This document shows positions 52,292 through 62,356 of a DNA stretch of 64,000 bases, in pieces. This DNA is from Treponemataceae bacterium (GTDB lineage Bacteria > Spirochaetota > Spirochaetia > Treponematales > Rectinemataceae). The notes under the pieces are model-generated. The model did not search any database and was not told where the DNA came from. It was given only the letters and a program-made list of their open reading frames with translations. Location of the stretch: positions 64,001 to 128,000 of the forward strand of contig CAXXVZ010000005.1 in NCBI GenBank assembly GCA_963678065.2. The letters are read 5' to 3'. Within the stretch, counting starts at the first letter, position 1. Every line of letters starts with the position of its first letter. The translations under genes were made by a program, and so were the position numbers.

Positions 52292-53791
52292 CTATGAAGC
52301 GTCCGGATGCAGGCCAAGCGCGTACTCCATGACTTGTTCGCTGTTCGCTTCCCCTTTTTTGAATTCCTTGACGATCCGGCCACCGAAGACAACTTCTATC
52401 CTGTCGCTCATGTTCATGATTTCGGGCAGCTCGGAAGACACCATGATGACCGCAGCGCCCTCCTCGGCCAGATTCTGCATGAGTTTGTATATCTCCACCT
52501 TGGCGCCGACATCGATTCCCCGCGTCGGCTCGTCGAAGATGTAGACTTTGCAATGCCGGACGAACCATTTGGAGAGCACGATTTTCTGCTGGTTGCCGCC
52601 CGAGAGGAACCGCACCTGCTGTTTCAGCGTCGGAGTCTTTATCTCCATTTTTTTGACCATGTTCCTGACGAGGCCGCCGATCTCCTTCCTGCGAAGCAGG
52701 CCGAAAGCCGAGTACTGGTCAAGAATTGTCAGCGCCGAATTGTCGAATACGGAAAGCCCCAGGACGAGCCCCTGTTTCTTTCTCTCTTCGGGGATGAGCC
52801 CGATGCCTTTGAGCACGGCATCGCGTGGACTACGGATGACCGTCTCCACTCCATCGATGAAGACCTTGCCCGAATCCCTTTTTATGAATCCGTAAAGGAG
52901 CTGCATAATCTCGGTGCGGCCGGCTCCGACAAGGCCGGTGAATCCCACTATCTCGCCTTTCCGGACAGCGAACGAAACACCGGAACAGACGCCTTTTTTT
53001 GACAGACCTTCGACGCGCAGCACCTCGTTCCCGACGGAAATCGACGCCACTGGATACTGCTCCGTGAGTTTGCGGCCTACCATGTGGTGTATGATCTCAT
53101 CGGTCTGAAGTTCCGCGAGCGGTTTCGTCACGATCCGGGCGCCGTCGCGGATCACGGTGACCCGATCGGCGACCCGAGGAATCTCCTCGAGCCTGTGCGA
53201 GATATAGATTACGGAAACTCCGGTTTTTTTCAGGTTGTTGATCATCTCGAAGAGACGCTCGACTTCGTTTCCCGTGAGCGGCGCGGTGGGTTCATCCATG
53301 ACGATGATGTCGGATTTCAGGGAAAGCGCCTTCGCTATCTCCACGACCTGCTGGTAAGCTGGTCCGATGCTGTGGATTTTCGCCCGGGGATCGAGGGCGA
53401 CATTGAAAGGCTTGAGCAGGGCATCGACGTCCCGGTACATTTTTTTCCAGTCTATGAATCCGCCGGGGAGCCGCGGCTCGCGCCCGAGAAAAATGTTCTC
53501 CGCGACGGAGAGGTACTGGATGAGGTTGAGTTCCTGGTAAATCACGCTGATTCCGGCGTCGAGCATCTGTTTGATACCCAGGGCGGTGACTTTTTTGCCC
53601 CTGAGCCGTATCTCGCCTTCGTCGGCGCGGTAGAGTCCCGAAAGGATTTTCATGAGGGTCGATTTCCCGGCGCCGTTTTCTCCCACAAGGGCGTGGACTT
53701 CGCCTTCACGCAGATCGAAGTCCACACGGTGGAGGGCGCGGACGCCGGGAAAAGATTTACTGATACCGACCATTTCCAATAAGGTCTGCAT
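52292..53791 (-). CDS. Sugar ABC ATP-binding protein (RbsA-like)
   Basis: GENGAGKST, LSGGNQQK and DEPTRGIDVGAK. Confidence 0.93.
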   Translation of the reverse strand: MQTLLEMVGISKSFPGVRALHRVDFDLREGEVHALVGENGAGKSTLMKILSGLYRADEGEIRLRGKKVTALGIKQMLDAGISVIYQELNLIQYLSVAENIFLGREPRLPGGFIDWKKMYRDVDALLKPFNVALDPRAKIHSIGPAYQQVVEIAKALSLKSDIIVMDEPTAPLTGNEVERLFEMINNLKKTGVSVIYISHRLEEIPRVADRVTVIRDGARIVTKPLAELQTDEIIHHMVGRKLTEQYPVASISVGNEVLRVEGLSKKGVCSGVSFAVRKGEIVGFTGLVGAGRTEIMQLLYGFIKRDSGKVFIDGVETVIRSPRDAVLKGIGLIPEERKKQGLVLGLSVFDNSALTILDQYSAFGLLRRKEIGGLVRNMVKKMEIKTPTLKQQVRFLSGGNQQKIVLSKWFVRHCKVYIFDEPTRGIDVGAKVEIYKLMQNLAEEGAAVIMVSSELPEIMNMSDRIEVVFGGRIVKEFKKGEANSEQVMEYALGLHPDAS

Positions 53792-53859
53792 GACCGCTCC
53801 CCCGATTGAATGCAAAATGAGGGGCCGGCGTCCGACGCCGGCCCCTATCCGGGAATCGC

Positions 53860-54756
53860 TTACTTCGTGACAGGCAAGGGGTTGATGAAGACAACCTTCT
53901 TGGCCGGCTCTTTTTTATTCTTGATCTTGTCGACGAGGGCGGAGAGCGCGAGACCTGCCTGCTGGCCGGGGAACTGGTCGATTGTCGCGCCGAGTTTCCC
54001 TTCCTTCATGTAGGAGAAAGCGTCTGTCGTGGCGTCGAAGCCGATAGTGACCTTGCTCTTGAGATTGATTCCGGCGGCCGACATCGCCTCGATGGCGCCG
54101 ATGATCATCTCGTCGTTGGCGCCGAACACGGCGTCGAATTTCGGATACACCTGCATCAGGTTTTCCATGACGGACTGAGCCTTCGAGCGGCTGAACTCTG
54201 CGGTCTGGGAAACGAGGATCTTGACGCCGGAGGCTTTCATGATCTCATCGAAGCCTTGCTTCCGGTCCACCGCGGCGGAAGAGCCCGGGGTGCCTTCGAG
54301 TTCGATGACGCTTCCCTTGTTGCCCAGTTTCTGGATGATGTAGCGGGCGGCGGCCCTTCCGCCTTCGACATTGTCCGCCCCGACGTGGACGAGAACCGCG
54401 TCGGTGTTGGCCTTGCGGTCCACGGTCGCGACGGGGATGCCGGCTTTGACAGCGTCCTCGATCGCCGGGACGAGAGAATCGGTCGTCATCGGGGAGATGA
54501 GAATGCCGTCCACCTTCTGGGCGACGAAGTTTTCCATGGCGGCCATCTGTTTGTCCGAAGCGTTCTGCGCGTCGATGAACAGCAGCTTCACTCCCAGTTT
54601 TGCCGCGGCGGCGTCCGCGTCGTTCTTCATCGTGACAAAGAACGGGAACTGGAGACCGGGAACCGTCATGCCGATGACGATCTGTTTGGTCTGCGAAAAC
54701 ACGGAAACAGGCATCAGGGCGAGAACCAGCAAAAAGAGAATGAGTACCTTTTTCAT
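53860..54756 (-). CDS. Sugar ABC substrate-binding protein (RbsB-like)
   Basis: Signal peptide, PFFVTM, ADNVEGG, ANDEM and IGFDA. Confidence 0.92.
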   Translation of the reverse strand: MKKVLILFLLVLALMPVSVFSQTKQIVIGMTVPGLQFPFFVTMKNDADAAAAKLGVKLLFIDAQNASDKQMAAMENFVAQKVDGILISPMTTDSLVPAIEDAVKAGIPVATVDRKANTDAVLVHVGADNVEGGRAAARYIIQKLGNKGSVIELEGTPGSSAAVDRKQGFDEIMKASGVKILVSQTAEFSRSKAQSVMENLMQVYPKFDAVFGANDEMIIGAIEAMSAAGINLKSKVTIGFDATTDAFSYMKEGKLGATIDQFPGQQAGLALSALVDKIKNKKEPAKKVVFINPLPVTK

Positions 54757-54854
54757 CTTTGCCACCTCCATGGGAATTTGTGTGCGATAGAAAACATTGT
54801 TAACCTGCTTTTTCGTATTGTCAACGGAAAAGCGTCGAAAAACACGAAATTCTT

Positions 54855-54884
54855 GAATGATATCGTTTGCGCAATCGTTATCAT
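54855..54884. promoter_or_regulatory. LacI-family operator, copy 1
   Basis: GAATGATATCGTTTGCGCAATCGTTATCAT; imperfect palindrome identical to copy 2. Confidence 0.8.
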
Positions 54885-55000
54885 TGACCATGAATGCAAT
54901 AAAAGGCAAATTTATTTAATTAGAAATATTAATACTTTTTACTGAATGATATTAAATATGGCTTATATAACAAAAGAATCAATTTGACAGCATTTAATAA

Positions 55001-55030
55001 GAATGATATCGTTTGCGCAATCGTTATCAT
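55001..55030. promoter_or_regulatory. LacI-family operator, copy 2, overlapping the -10 of a TTGACA-N17-TATCGT promoter
   Basis: Exact 30-bp repeat of 54855-54884; TTGACA at 54984. Confidence 0.8.
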
Positions 55031-55048
55031 GTTTCAAGGAGAGTCCCG

Positions 55049-56065
55049 TTGGCATCAATGAAGGATGTAGCCCGCCTGGCCGGCGTTTCGACCTCGACAG
55101 TATCACGGGTTATCAACAGCTCCATCCCTGTCGACGAAGAAACACGCGTCAAAGTCGAGCGAGCAATACGGGAGATCAACTTCAAGCCCAACCTGGTCGC
55201 CCGCGGACTCAGGATGAAAAGCGCCAATCTGATCGGCATCGTGGTTCCCGAACTCCAGCATGAAACCTTCACGTCGTTCATAAAATTCACCGAGGAAAGC
55301 GCGGAAGCGCAGGGCTACAATCTCGTCATCGGCTCCACGAACACGAATCCCGACACCGAGGAACGGTTCATAGAAAACCTCATCCGGAGGAACATCGACG
55401 GCATCATTTTTTCGCGGGTATCCGACAAGAGTCGCGTCCTCAAGCTGATAGACCGCACCAAGGTTCCGGCCGTCATCATAGACCGCTCCCTCGAGCGCGA
55501 GGACATCCCCGCCGTGGTGATGGACAATTACGGCGCCGGCGTGATGGCTGCCGAGCATTTGCTCTCGCTCGGGCACAGGCGTTTCGCCTGCATCACGGGG
55601 CCGATGGATATTTCCATCAACCGCGAACGCTTCGCCGGTTTCCGGAATACCATACAGACGAAGGGCGGGCAGCTGGACGACAGATGCGTTTTCGAAGGCA
55701 ACTTCAAGTTCGAGGCGGGAGGCAGGGGGATCGATCACCTGATGGATTCAGGCGCCGATTTCACCGCGCTCTGGGCCCAGAACGACTACATGGCCATAGG
55801 GGCCATGAACAGGCTCATAGCCCGCGGTGTTTCGATCCCGGCCGACATATCCCTCATCGGTCTCGACAATATCGAACACTCGTGGATGATCAAGCCCGCC
55901 CTCACGACGATAGCCCAGCCCTTCCAGAAAATGTGCGAGAGCGCCGTCGACCTCATCATACGGATGAGCCGCAAGGAAAAAATGGAAAAAATCAGGATCG
56001 TGCTCGGGCCGGAACTGGTGATCCGGGAGACGACGGCGTCGCCGGGCGCGGGACTGCGGCATTGA
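55049..56065 (+). CDS. LacI family transcriptional regulator
   Basis: MKDVARLAGVSTSTVSRVIN HTH and PNLVARGL; TTG start after AAGGAG. Confidence 0.93.
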   Translation: MASMKDVARLAGVSTSTVSRVINSSIPVDEETRVKVERAIREINFKPNLVARGLRMKSANLIGIVVPELQHETFTSFIKFTEESAEAQGYNLVIGSTNTNPDTEERFIENLIRRNIDGIIFSRVSDKSRVLKLIDRTKVPAVIIDRSLEREDIPAVVMDNYGAGVMAAEHLLSLGHRRFACITGPMDISINRERFAGFRNTIQTKGGQLDDRCVFEGNFKFEAGGRGIDHLMDSGADFTALWAQNDYMAIGAMNRLIARGVSIPADISLIGLDNIEHSWMIKPALTTIAQPFQKMCESAVDLIIRMSRKEKMEKIRIVLGPELVIRETTASPGAGLRH

Positions 56066-56143
56066 GTCCGCGGTCGCAGAAACCAAGCCGCCCTGAAGAA
56101 GTCGCTTTCGGCCTCTTCAGGGCCTTGTTAAGGAGATTCGATC

Positions 56144-57337
56144 ATGGCAGGCGAAAAACAACTGGTGGAAGCCGCTCTCAATAATGGAAACGGCGTTTTC
56201 CGGCTGGAACCGGCGTGGGTCCCCCGCTCATTCTGCATTCCGGGCAGGCGGCTCAAGCTGCACCCGGACGATTATTACTCGTACGGCGCCAATCGCGGAG
56301 GCATCGACGAGCGCTGGTTCGCCTCGACGACGAAGGCCGACAACGGGCCGCTGACGACACCTTTCGAAGGGCTCTCCTTCATTCACGTCGACGACTCCTC
56401 CAGGGTGCTGCTCCGCGATGCCCTCGAAATCGCCGGCGCGGAAATCCTCGGCACAGAGGTCCTGCAAAAATACGGCGGCTGGATGATGTACTCGAAATTC
56501 TTCGACAACCAGGAACCCCTGCCCCACCACATCCACCACACCGACGCGATGGCGGCGAAGGTCGGGCGCACAGGCAAACCCGAGGCATACTATTTCCCCA
56601 AGCAGCTCAACAACCACGGCGGCTACTTCCCCTACACCTTCTTCGGTCTCAATCCGGGGACGACGAAGGGAGAGGTCAAAAAATGCCTCGCAAACTGGGA
56701 AAAGGAAGACAACGGCATCCTCTACCTCTCCCGGGCATACAAGCTCAGGCCTGGCACGGGATGGGACGTTCCACCGGGCATCCTGCACGCTCCGGGATCG
56801 CTTCTGACCTACGAGCCGCAGCGCGCCTCGGACGTGTTCGCCATGTTCCAGAACATCGTATGGGAAGCCTACACGCCGAAGGAATTGCTGCAGAAGGATA
56901 TTCCCGAAAACAAGAAAGACGATCTCGACTACTATGTCGGGCTGCTCGACTGGGAGCTCAACACCGATCCTGAGTTCTTCGAACACCGCTACATGGCCCC
57001 GAAACCCGCGCGGCCCCTGGAGGAGATGCGCGCGGGGGGCTATGAGGAATTCGACATCGTCTACAAGTCCGATTTTTTCTCCGCAAAGGAGCTGACGATC
57101 CTGCCCGGCAGATCGGCGCTGATAAAGGACGAGGGGCCCTACGGGGCCATAGTCATCCAGGGACAGGGCATGTTCGGCAAACTCGATATCGGATCTCCCG
57201 CCCTCATCCGCTTCGGCCAGATGACCCACGATGAGCTCTTCGTCACAGCGAAGGCGGCGAAGGAAGGCATCCTCGTCACGAACACGAGCCCGACGGACGG
57301 ACTCGTCATGCTCAGGCATTTCGGGCCGAAGGCCTGA
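56144..57337 (+). CDS. Cupin-fold, phosphomannose-isomerase-like protein, paralog 1
   Basis: ERWF, SKFFD, HHIHH, GKPEAYY and HAPGSLLTYEPQ. Confidence 0.7.
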   Translation: MAGEKQLVEAALNNGNGVFRLEPAWVPRSFCIPGRRLKLHPDDYYSYGANRGGIDERWFASTTKADNGPLTTPFEGLSFIHVDDSSRVLLRDALEIAGAEILGTEVLQKYGGWMMYSKFFDNQEPLPHHIHHTDAMAAKVGRTGKPEAYYFPKQLNNHGGYFPYTFFGLNPGTTKGEVKKCLANWEKEDNGILYLSRAYKLRPGTGWDVPPGILHAPGSLLTYEPQRASDVFAMFQNIVWEAYTPKELLQKDIPENKKDDLDYYVGLLDWELNTDPEFFEHRYMAPKPARPLEEMRAGGYEEFDIVYKSDFFSAKELTILPGRSALIKDEGPYGAIVIQGQGMFGKLDIGSPALIRFGQMTHDELFVTAKAAKEGILVTNTSPTDGLVMLRHFGPKA

Positions 57338-57347
57338 AGGAAATCCC

Positions 57348-58550
57348 ATGCACACGACCAAGGCCATCCACGAAACCTTTGAAAAAAACTCGGGCGTCCT
57401 CAGACTCGCGCCGGTATTCGTGCCCCGGCGGTTTTCCTCGGCCGGAAAGCGGCTCAGGCTCCATCCGGACGATTACTACGCGCTGGGGACCGCGCGCGGA
57501 TCGATCAAGGAGCGGTGGTTCTCTTCCGTCATCCCGGCCATGAACGGCCCCGCGGCTCCGGCCGACGAGGGCATGAGCTACGTCGATCCGAGCGGGAGAA
57601 AAGACGAACTCTTCCTCTTCAAGGACGCCGTCGACGAACTCGGAGAGAAAATCATCGGGAGGGAGCTGAAAGAAAGGTTCGGAACCTGGCCGATGTACTC
57701 GAAATTCTTCGACTACGAGGCACCCCTCTTCCACCATCTCCACCTGCGGGAAGAAGATGCCAGGCGGGTCGGCCGGAAGGGCAAGCCCGAGGCCTACTAT
57801 TATCCACCCCAGCTGAACAACCATCCGGGACAGTTTCCCCACACCTATTTCGGCTTCGATCCGGACGTGACGAAGGAAGAAGTCCGCAGCCGGCTCGCGG
57901 ATTTCGAGAAGCGGGACATCCGCATCACCGATCTTTCCCGCGCATTCAGGATCGAGCTCGGGACCGGCTGGTACACGCCGCCGGGAGTCGTCCACGCGCC
58001 CGGCTCTTACCTGACCTACGAGCCGCAGTGGAACTCCGACGTCAATTCGGTCTATGAAAACATCGTCTCGGGCGAGGTCTATCCCTACGACTTCCTGGTC
58101 GAAAACTGTCCGGAAGACAGGAAGCGCGACATCGACTACGTGCTCAGTCTCATGGACTGGGAAAAAAACGTGGATCCCAACTACCGGAAGCACTATTTCC
58201 GCCCTCCGGTCGTCGCGTCGCAGGACGAAAACCACATCGAAAAATGGGTCGTCTACGCGACCGGCTACATCGCGGCCAAGGAGCTGACAGTCCTGCCGGG
58301 ACGAAGCGCCGTCATCAAGGACCGGGCCGCCTACGGCTGCATCCTCACTCAGGGACACGGCAGGTTCGGATGTCACGAGGCCGAGGCCGCTATCATGCTC
58401 CGCTACGGAGACCTCAGCGCCGACGAGTATTTCGTGAGCGAGGCCGCGGCGCAGGAAGGCGTCATCGTGACCAACAGAAGCAGGACAGAGCCGCTCGTCG
58501 TGCTGAAACACTTCGGCCCTAACGCCGGAGACCCGGCCGTGGCCGGCTGA
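57348..58550 (+). CDS. Cupin-fold, phosphomannose-isomerase-like protein, paralog 2
   Basis: Same motif series as the upstream gene (HHLHL, GKPEAYY, HAPGSYLTYEPQ). Confidence 0.7.
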   Translation: MHTTKAIHETFEKNSGVLRLAPVFVPRRFSSAGKRLRLHPDDYYALGTARGSIKERWFSSVIPAMNGPAAPADEGMSYVDPSGRKDELFLFKDAVDELGEKIIGRELKERFGTWPMYSKFFDYEAPLFHHLHLREEDARRVGRKGKPEAYYYPPQLNNHPGQFPHTYFGFDPDVTKEEVRSRLADFEKRDIRITDLSRAFRIELGTGWYTPPGVVHAPGSYLTYEPQWNSDVNSVYENIVSGEVYPYDFLVENCPEDRKRDIDYVLSLMDWEKNVDPNYRKHYFRPPVVASQDENHIEKWVVYATGYIAAKELTVLPGRSAVIKDRAAYGCILTQGHGRFGCHEAEAAIMLRYGDLSADEYFVSEAAAQEGVIVTNRSRTEPLVVLKHFGPNAGDPAVAG

Positions 58551-58561
58551 GGAGGGACCGC

Positions 58562-59812
58562 GTGGGCAGCGCTCTCGAAGCCAGGCGATTCGACTATCTC
58601 GGACGGAAGTCGACCGCCCTCTCGAACGGAAAGGTGAGGGCCCTCGTCGACGCATCCGGCGGCATGATGCCCGAATTCAGTCTCCTCAGGGGCTCGGGCG
58701 GAGTTAACGCGCACTGGATGCCGGATTTTCGCGACAACTCCGGAAGGCCGTATTCCGAAGCCGAGCACGGAAAATACTGGAAAAACAAGGTTCTTTACCT
58801 CATCGCGGGGGATTTCCCCTGCAGCCCCAACTTCGGATCGTCCTGCGTCGTGGACGGGGTCGAACTCCCCGTCCACGGATGGACGGCGAACGAAGAGTGG
58901 AAAATCGAAAATGTCGGAATTTCGCCCGATGCAGGAGCCGCCTGGGCGCGATTCTCCCTCGGAAGCCCCGAGCCGGCCATGCCCCTCGTCTGGAACAAGT
59001 GCGACCTTCTTTTCGAGGAGCAGACAGCGTATTACTCCGTAATCCGCATCAGGAACGGCGGGGAAAAACCTGTCGCCATAAATCTGACCCGGCACAACAC
59101 GCTCGGCTCGCCCTTCCTGCAGGCCGGCTGCCGCATCAGCCTCTGTGCCGAGCGTTTCCTGACGGCGCCCGCCGGCACTGAGTACGACGACACGGGCCGC
59201 CTCGCTCAAGGGGCAGAGTTCGGGAGCCTGTCCTCCGTGCCTCTGCGCGACGGGGGCTCCACCGATCTTCGCACCGTGCCGGGCATGATAGGCGCCACGG
59301 ATTTCGTCACCGGAGCCGTTCCGGCGCGCCTTTCTCTCGGCTGGAGCTGCGTCGTCAACCCCGTGCTCGGGATCGCCTACATCTGCTTTTTCCCTGGCGA
59401 GGCAGCCCTGCCGCGCGGGGAGATAGCCCTCTCTTTCAACGACCTCTGGCTCCAGTACGGCGGCAGGCCATTCACACCCTGGGCTCTCGACGAGGGCGGC
59501 GCCGACCACAGCTTCTGCCTCGGCACGGAGAACGCGGTGGGAGCCTTCGCGAGCGGTCTCGCCTACGCCCGCTCCGTGCCCGAAATCCTCGGAAAGCCGA
59601 CGACGCTCACAGTCCCCTCAGGCGGCGAGAGAAAACTCTGTTACGGCACGGCCCTCGTCGAGCTCACCCCGGATCTTCTCCGGGAAGGGGTCCGGTCCAT
59701 GGAAGCCGAGGAAGGGAGACTGGTCCTGAAAGGGGAAAGGGCCTTCCAGCGAGTCGCCCTGGACAGTACATTCCAGAGGACGCGCTGCTTCGAGTCGGGA
59801 TTCTGGGAATGA
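58562..59812 (+). CDS. Hypothetical protein, possibly aldose-epimerase fold
   Basis: GTG start with GAGG RBS; PVHGW and HNTLG motifs. Confidence 0.55.
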   Translation: MGSALEARRFDYLGRKSTALSNGKVRALVDASGGMMPEFSLLRGSGGVNAHWMPDFRDNSGRPYSEAEHGKYWKNKVLYLIAGDFPCSPNFGSSCVVDGVELPVHGWTANEEWKIENVGISPDAGAAWARFSLGSPEPAMPLVWNKCDLLFEEQTAYYSVIRIRNGGEKPVAINLTRHNTLGSPFLQAGCRISLCAERFLTAPAGTEYDDTGRLAQGAEFGSLSSVPLRDGGSTDLRTVPGMIGATDFVTGAVPARLSLGWSCVVNPVLGIAYICFFPGEAALPRGEIALSFNDLWLQYGGRPFTPWALDEGGADHSFCLGTENAVGAFASGLAYARSVPEILGKPTTLTVPSGGERKLCYGTALVELTPDLLREGVRSMEAEEGRLVLKGERAFQRVALDSTFQRTRCFESGFWE

Positions 59813-59837
59813 ACGATCACGGAAGGGCAGGTTGCGG

Positions 59838-61355
59838 ATGAAAACATATTTCCTCGGAATCGACAACGGCGGCACGCTCACCAAGGCGGTGATATCGGAC
59901 AGCGAAGGCAGGGAAATCGCCTCGGCTTCGCGCAAGGTACCCCTCATCATGCCCCAGCCGGGCTTCACCGAGCGCGACATGGACCTGCTCTGGCGGGCCA
60001 ACTGCGACGCGATCCGGGAAGCCCTCTTTCTGTCCGGCGCCCAGCCAGCCGAGATACGCGGCATCGCGTGCACCGGCCACGGGAAGGGTCTGTACCTCTG
60101 GGGGCGCGACGGGAAGCCCGCGTACAACGGCATCGTCTCGACCGACACGCGGGCCTGGGCCTATCCCGAGCAGTGGGAAAAGGACGGCACTGCCGCGAAG
60201 GTCTACGAAAAGACCTACCAGAAAATCCTCGCCTGCCAGCCCGTCTCCCTCCTGCGCTGGCTGAAGGACAACAGGCCGGGCATCCTCGGGAATGTCCGGT
60301 GGATTTTCGAGGTCAAGGACTACATACGGTTCATGCTCACGGGAGAGGCCTTCGCCGAAATCACGGACTATTCCGGATCGGGCCTCATGAACCTCCGGGA
60401 TACGTGTTTCGACCGGGAATTGCTGGAGGATTTCGGGCTGGGCGAGGTGATGGACAGGCTTCCGCCCCTGCGCTACTCGACCGAGCGCTGCGGCAGCATA
60501 TCCGCCAAAGCCGCGGCGGCGACGGGCCTTCGCGAAGGAACACCTGTCGCCGGCGGCATGTTCGACATCGACGCCTGCGCCGTCGCCGTGGACGTGACCG
60601 ACGAAGAGAACCTCTGCGTCATCGCCGGGACCTGGAGCATCAACGAATATGTCTCCAGAACTCCCGTTCTCAACAAAACCGTCATGATGAATTCCCTGTT
60701 CTGCCTGCCCGGATACTATCTCGTCGAAGAGAGCAGCCCGACCTCGGCGGGAAACTACGAGTGGTTCTGCAAGCTTTTTCTCGACGAGGAAAAGAGGGAA
60801 GCACAATCGCGCGGCATCAGTCTCTACGAACTCGCCGGGGACATGGCCGCCGGTGTCCCACCCGACGGACAGAGCATCGTGTTCCTGCCCTACATTTTCG
60901 GCTCGAACTACAATCCCCAGGCGCGCGCCTGCTTCGTGGGCCTTTCAGGCGCGAACACCCGCGCCCAGATAATCCGCGCGGTGCTCGAGGGGATCGTATT
61001 CTGCCACATGGTCCACGTGGAAAAACTGCTGGCAAACAGAAAACGCGGCCCGGCCGTCAGGCTCGCGGGCGGGGCTGCCAACTCGAAGGTCTGGGTCAAG
61101 ATCTTCGCCGATGTGTTCCAGCTCCCGGTCGAAATTGTCGATGTCGCGGAACTCGGCGCCCTCGGCTGCGCCATGGCTGCGGCCGTCGCTTCGGGAGTGT
61201 ACGCAGACCTGAAAGAGGCCGCGAAGCACATGGTGAAGATCAAGTATCGCCAGGAACCGGAAATCGCGAACGCCGCGATCTACGCAGGAAAATACTCCCT
61301 TTACCGGAAGGTTTCGGAGGCGCTCGATGGCCTCTGGAAAGAATTCCCTGCCTGA
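59838..61355 (+). CDS. FGGY-family carbohydrate kinase (L-xylulokinase-like)
   Basis: LGIDNGGT, TGHGKGLYL, STDTRA, KDYIRF, GMFDI, AGTWSIN and LAGGAA. Confidence 0.9.
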   Translation: MKTYFLGIDNGGTLTKAVISDSEGREIASASRKVPLIMPQPGFTERDMDLLWRANCDAIREALFLSGAQPAEIRGIACTGHGKGLYLWGRDGKPAYNGIVSTDTRAWAYPEQWEKDGTAAKVYEKTYQKILACQPVSLLRWLKDNRPGILGNVRWIFEVKDYIRFMLTGEAFAEITDYSGSGLMNLRDTCFDRELLEDFGLGEVMDRLPPLRYSTERCGSISAKAAAATGLREGTPVAGGMFDIDACAVAVDVTDEENLCVIAGTWSINEYVSRTPVLNKTVMMNSLFCLPGYYLVEESSPTSAGNYEWFCKLFLDEEKREAQSRGISLYELAGDMAAGVPPDGQSIVFLPYIFGSNYNPQARACFVGLSGANTRAQIIRAVLEGIVFCHMVHVEKLLANRKRGPAVRLAGGAANSKVWVKIFADVFQLPVEIVDVAELGALGCAMAAAVASGVYADLKEAAKHMVKIKYRQEPEIANAAIYAGKYSLYRKVSEALDGLWKEFPA

Positions 61356-61479
61356 CAACTGAGTCAACAACTCCGAGCCCACAAACAGAGGCTGCCTGAT
61401 GCCGCGGGTCTTGGTTGTGGGCGGGCGGAATCGGGCGAGGCCGGACTTGTCGCCCGGCCCAGATCGGCTTAAGGGTCTC

Positions 61480-62343
61480 TCAGCCCGCGAACTCCGCCAT
61501 CAGGGCACTTTTCATTTCGGCCACCGGGGCTTCGAGGCCCGTCCAGATCCGGAATCCGATGGCGCCCTGATTGACGAGCATACCCAGCCCGTCGAGGGTT
61601 TTGGCGCCACGCTTTTCCGCCTCCCGGAGGAAGAGCGTCCGCGGCGGGTTGGGAATGACATCGCAGACGACCATTCCGGCGCCGATGCTCCGATAATCGA
61701 TATCCGGCCTGTCATCCACGCCAGGATAGAGCCCGATCGAGGTCGCGTTCACGAGAATATCCGTATCCGCCGGAATGGCGATTCCTTTTGTCCAGGGCGA
61801 GTAGCGCGCCTTCACCGGAGTCTTTTCGCCAAGGAGGCCCGCGAGGGTTTCGCCGCGCGTTCTGTCCCTGTTGACGACAGTTATGTCCAGGGCGCCGTGG
61901 AGGGCGAGTTCGACCGTGATGGCCCGGGCCGCGCCGCCAGCGCCGAGCACGACGACGCGCTTGCCCTCTGGATCGACCCCCGCCTCCTCCCGCAACGAGG
62001 CGAGAAAACCCTTGCCGTCGGTGTTTTCGCCGTACGACAGACCATCCTTCTGGTAGACCGTGTTCACGGCCCCGATGAGACGGGCGTCCGAGGCGACCGC
62101 GTCGAGATATTTGAGGACCTCGACCTTGTGCGGAATCGTCAAGTTGATGCCGCGCATATTGAAGGCTTTGAGTCCCGCGATCGCAGCCGCCAGATCTTCG
62201 GGCCGCACTTCCAGAGTGAGGTAGCGCCAGTCGAGACCCGCCGCCCGGAATCCTGCCTCGATCATGACTATCGTCGGATTTTCAGCGACCGGGTAGCCGA
62301 AGACTCCGACCAGTTCCGACTTGTAACTCTTTGACCCAGCCAT
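61480..62343 (-). CDS. aroE: Shikimate dehydrogenase family protein
   Basis: NLTIPHK, GAVNT, NTDGKG, GAGGAARA, NATSIG and DGLGMLVNQG. Confidence 0.88.
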   Translation of the reverse strand: MAGSKSYKSELVGVFGYPVAENPTIVMIEAGFRAAGLDWRYLTLEVRPEDLAAAIAGLKAFNMRGINLTIPHKVEVLKYLDAVASDARLIGAVNTVYQKDGLSYGENTDGKGFLASLREEAGVDPEGKRVVVLGAGGAARAITVELALHGALDITVVNRDRTRGETLAGLLGEKTPVKARYSPWTKGIAIPADTDILVNATSIGLYPGVDDRPDIDYRSIGAGMVVCDVIPNPPRTLFLREAEKRGAKTLDGLGMLVNQGAIGFRIWTGLEAPVAEMKSALMAEFAG

Positions 62344-62356
62344 ACACCACCTTCCT

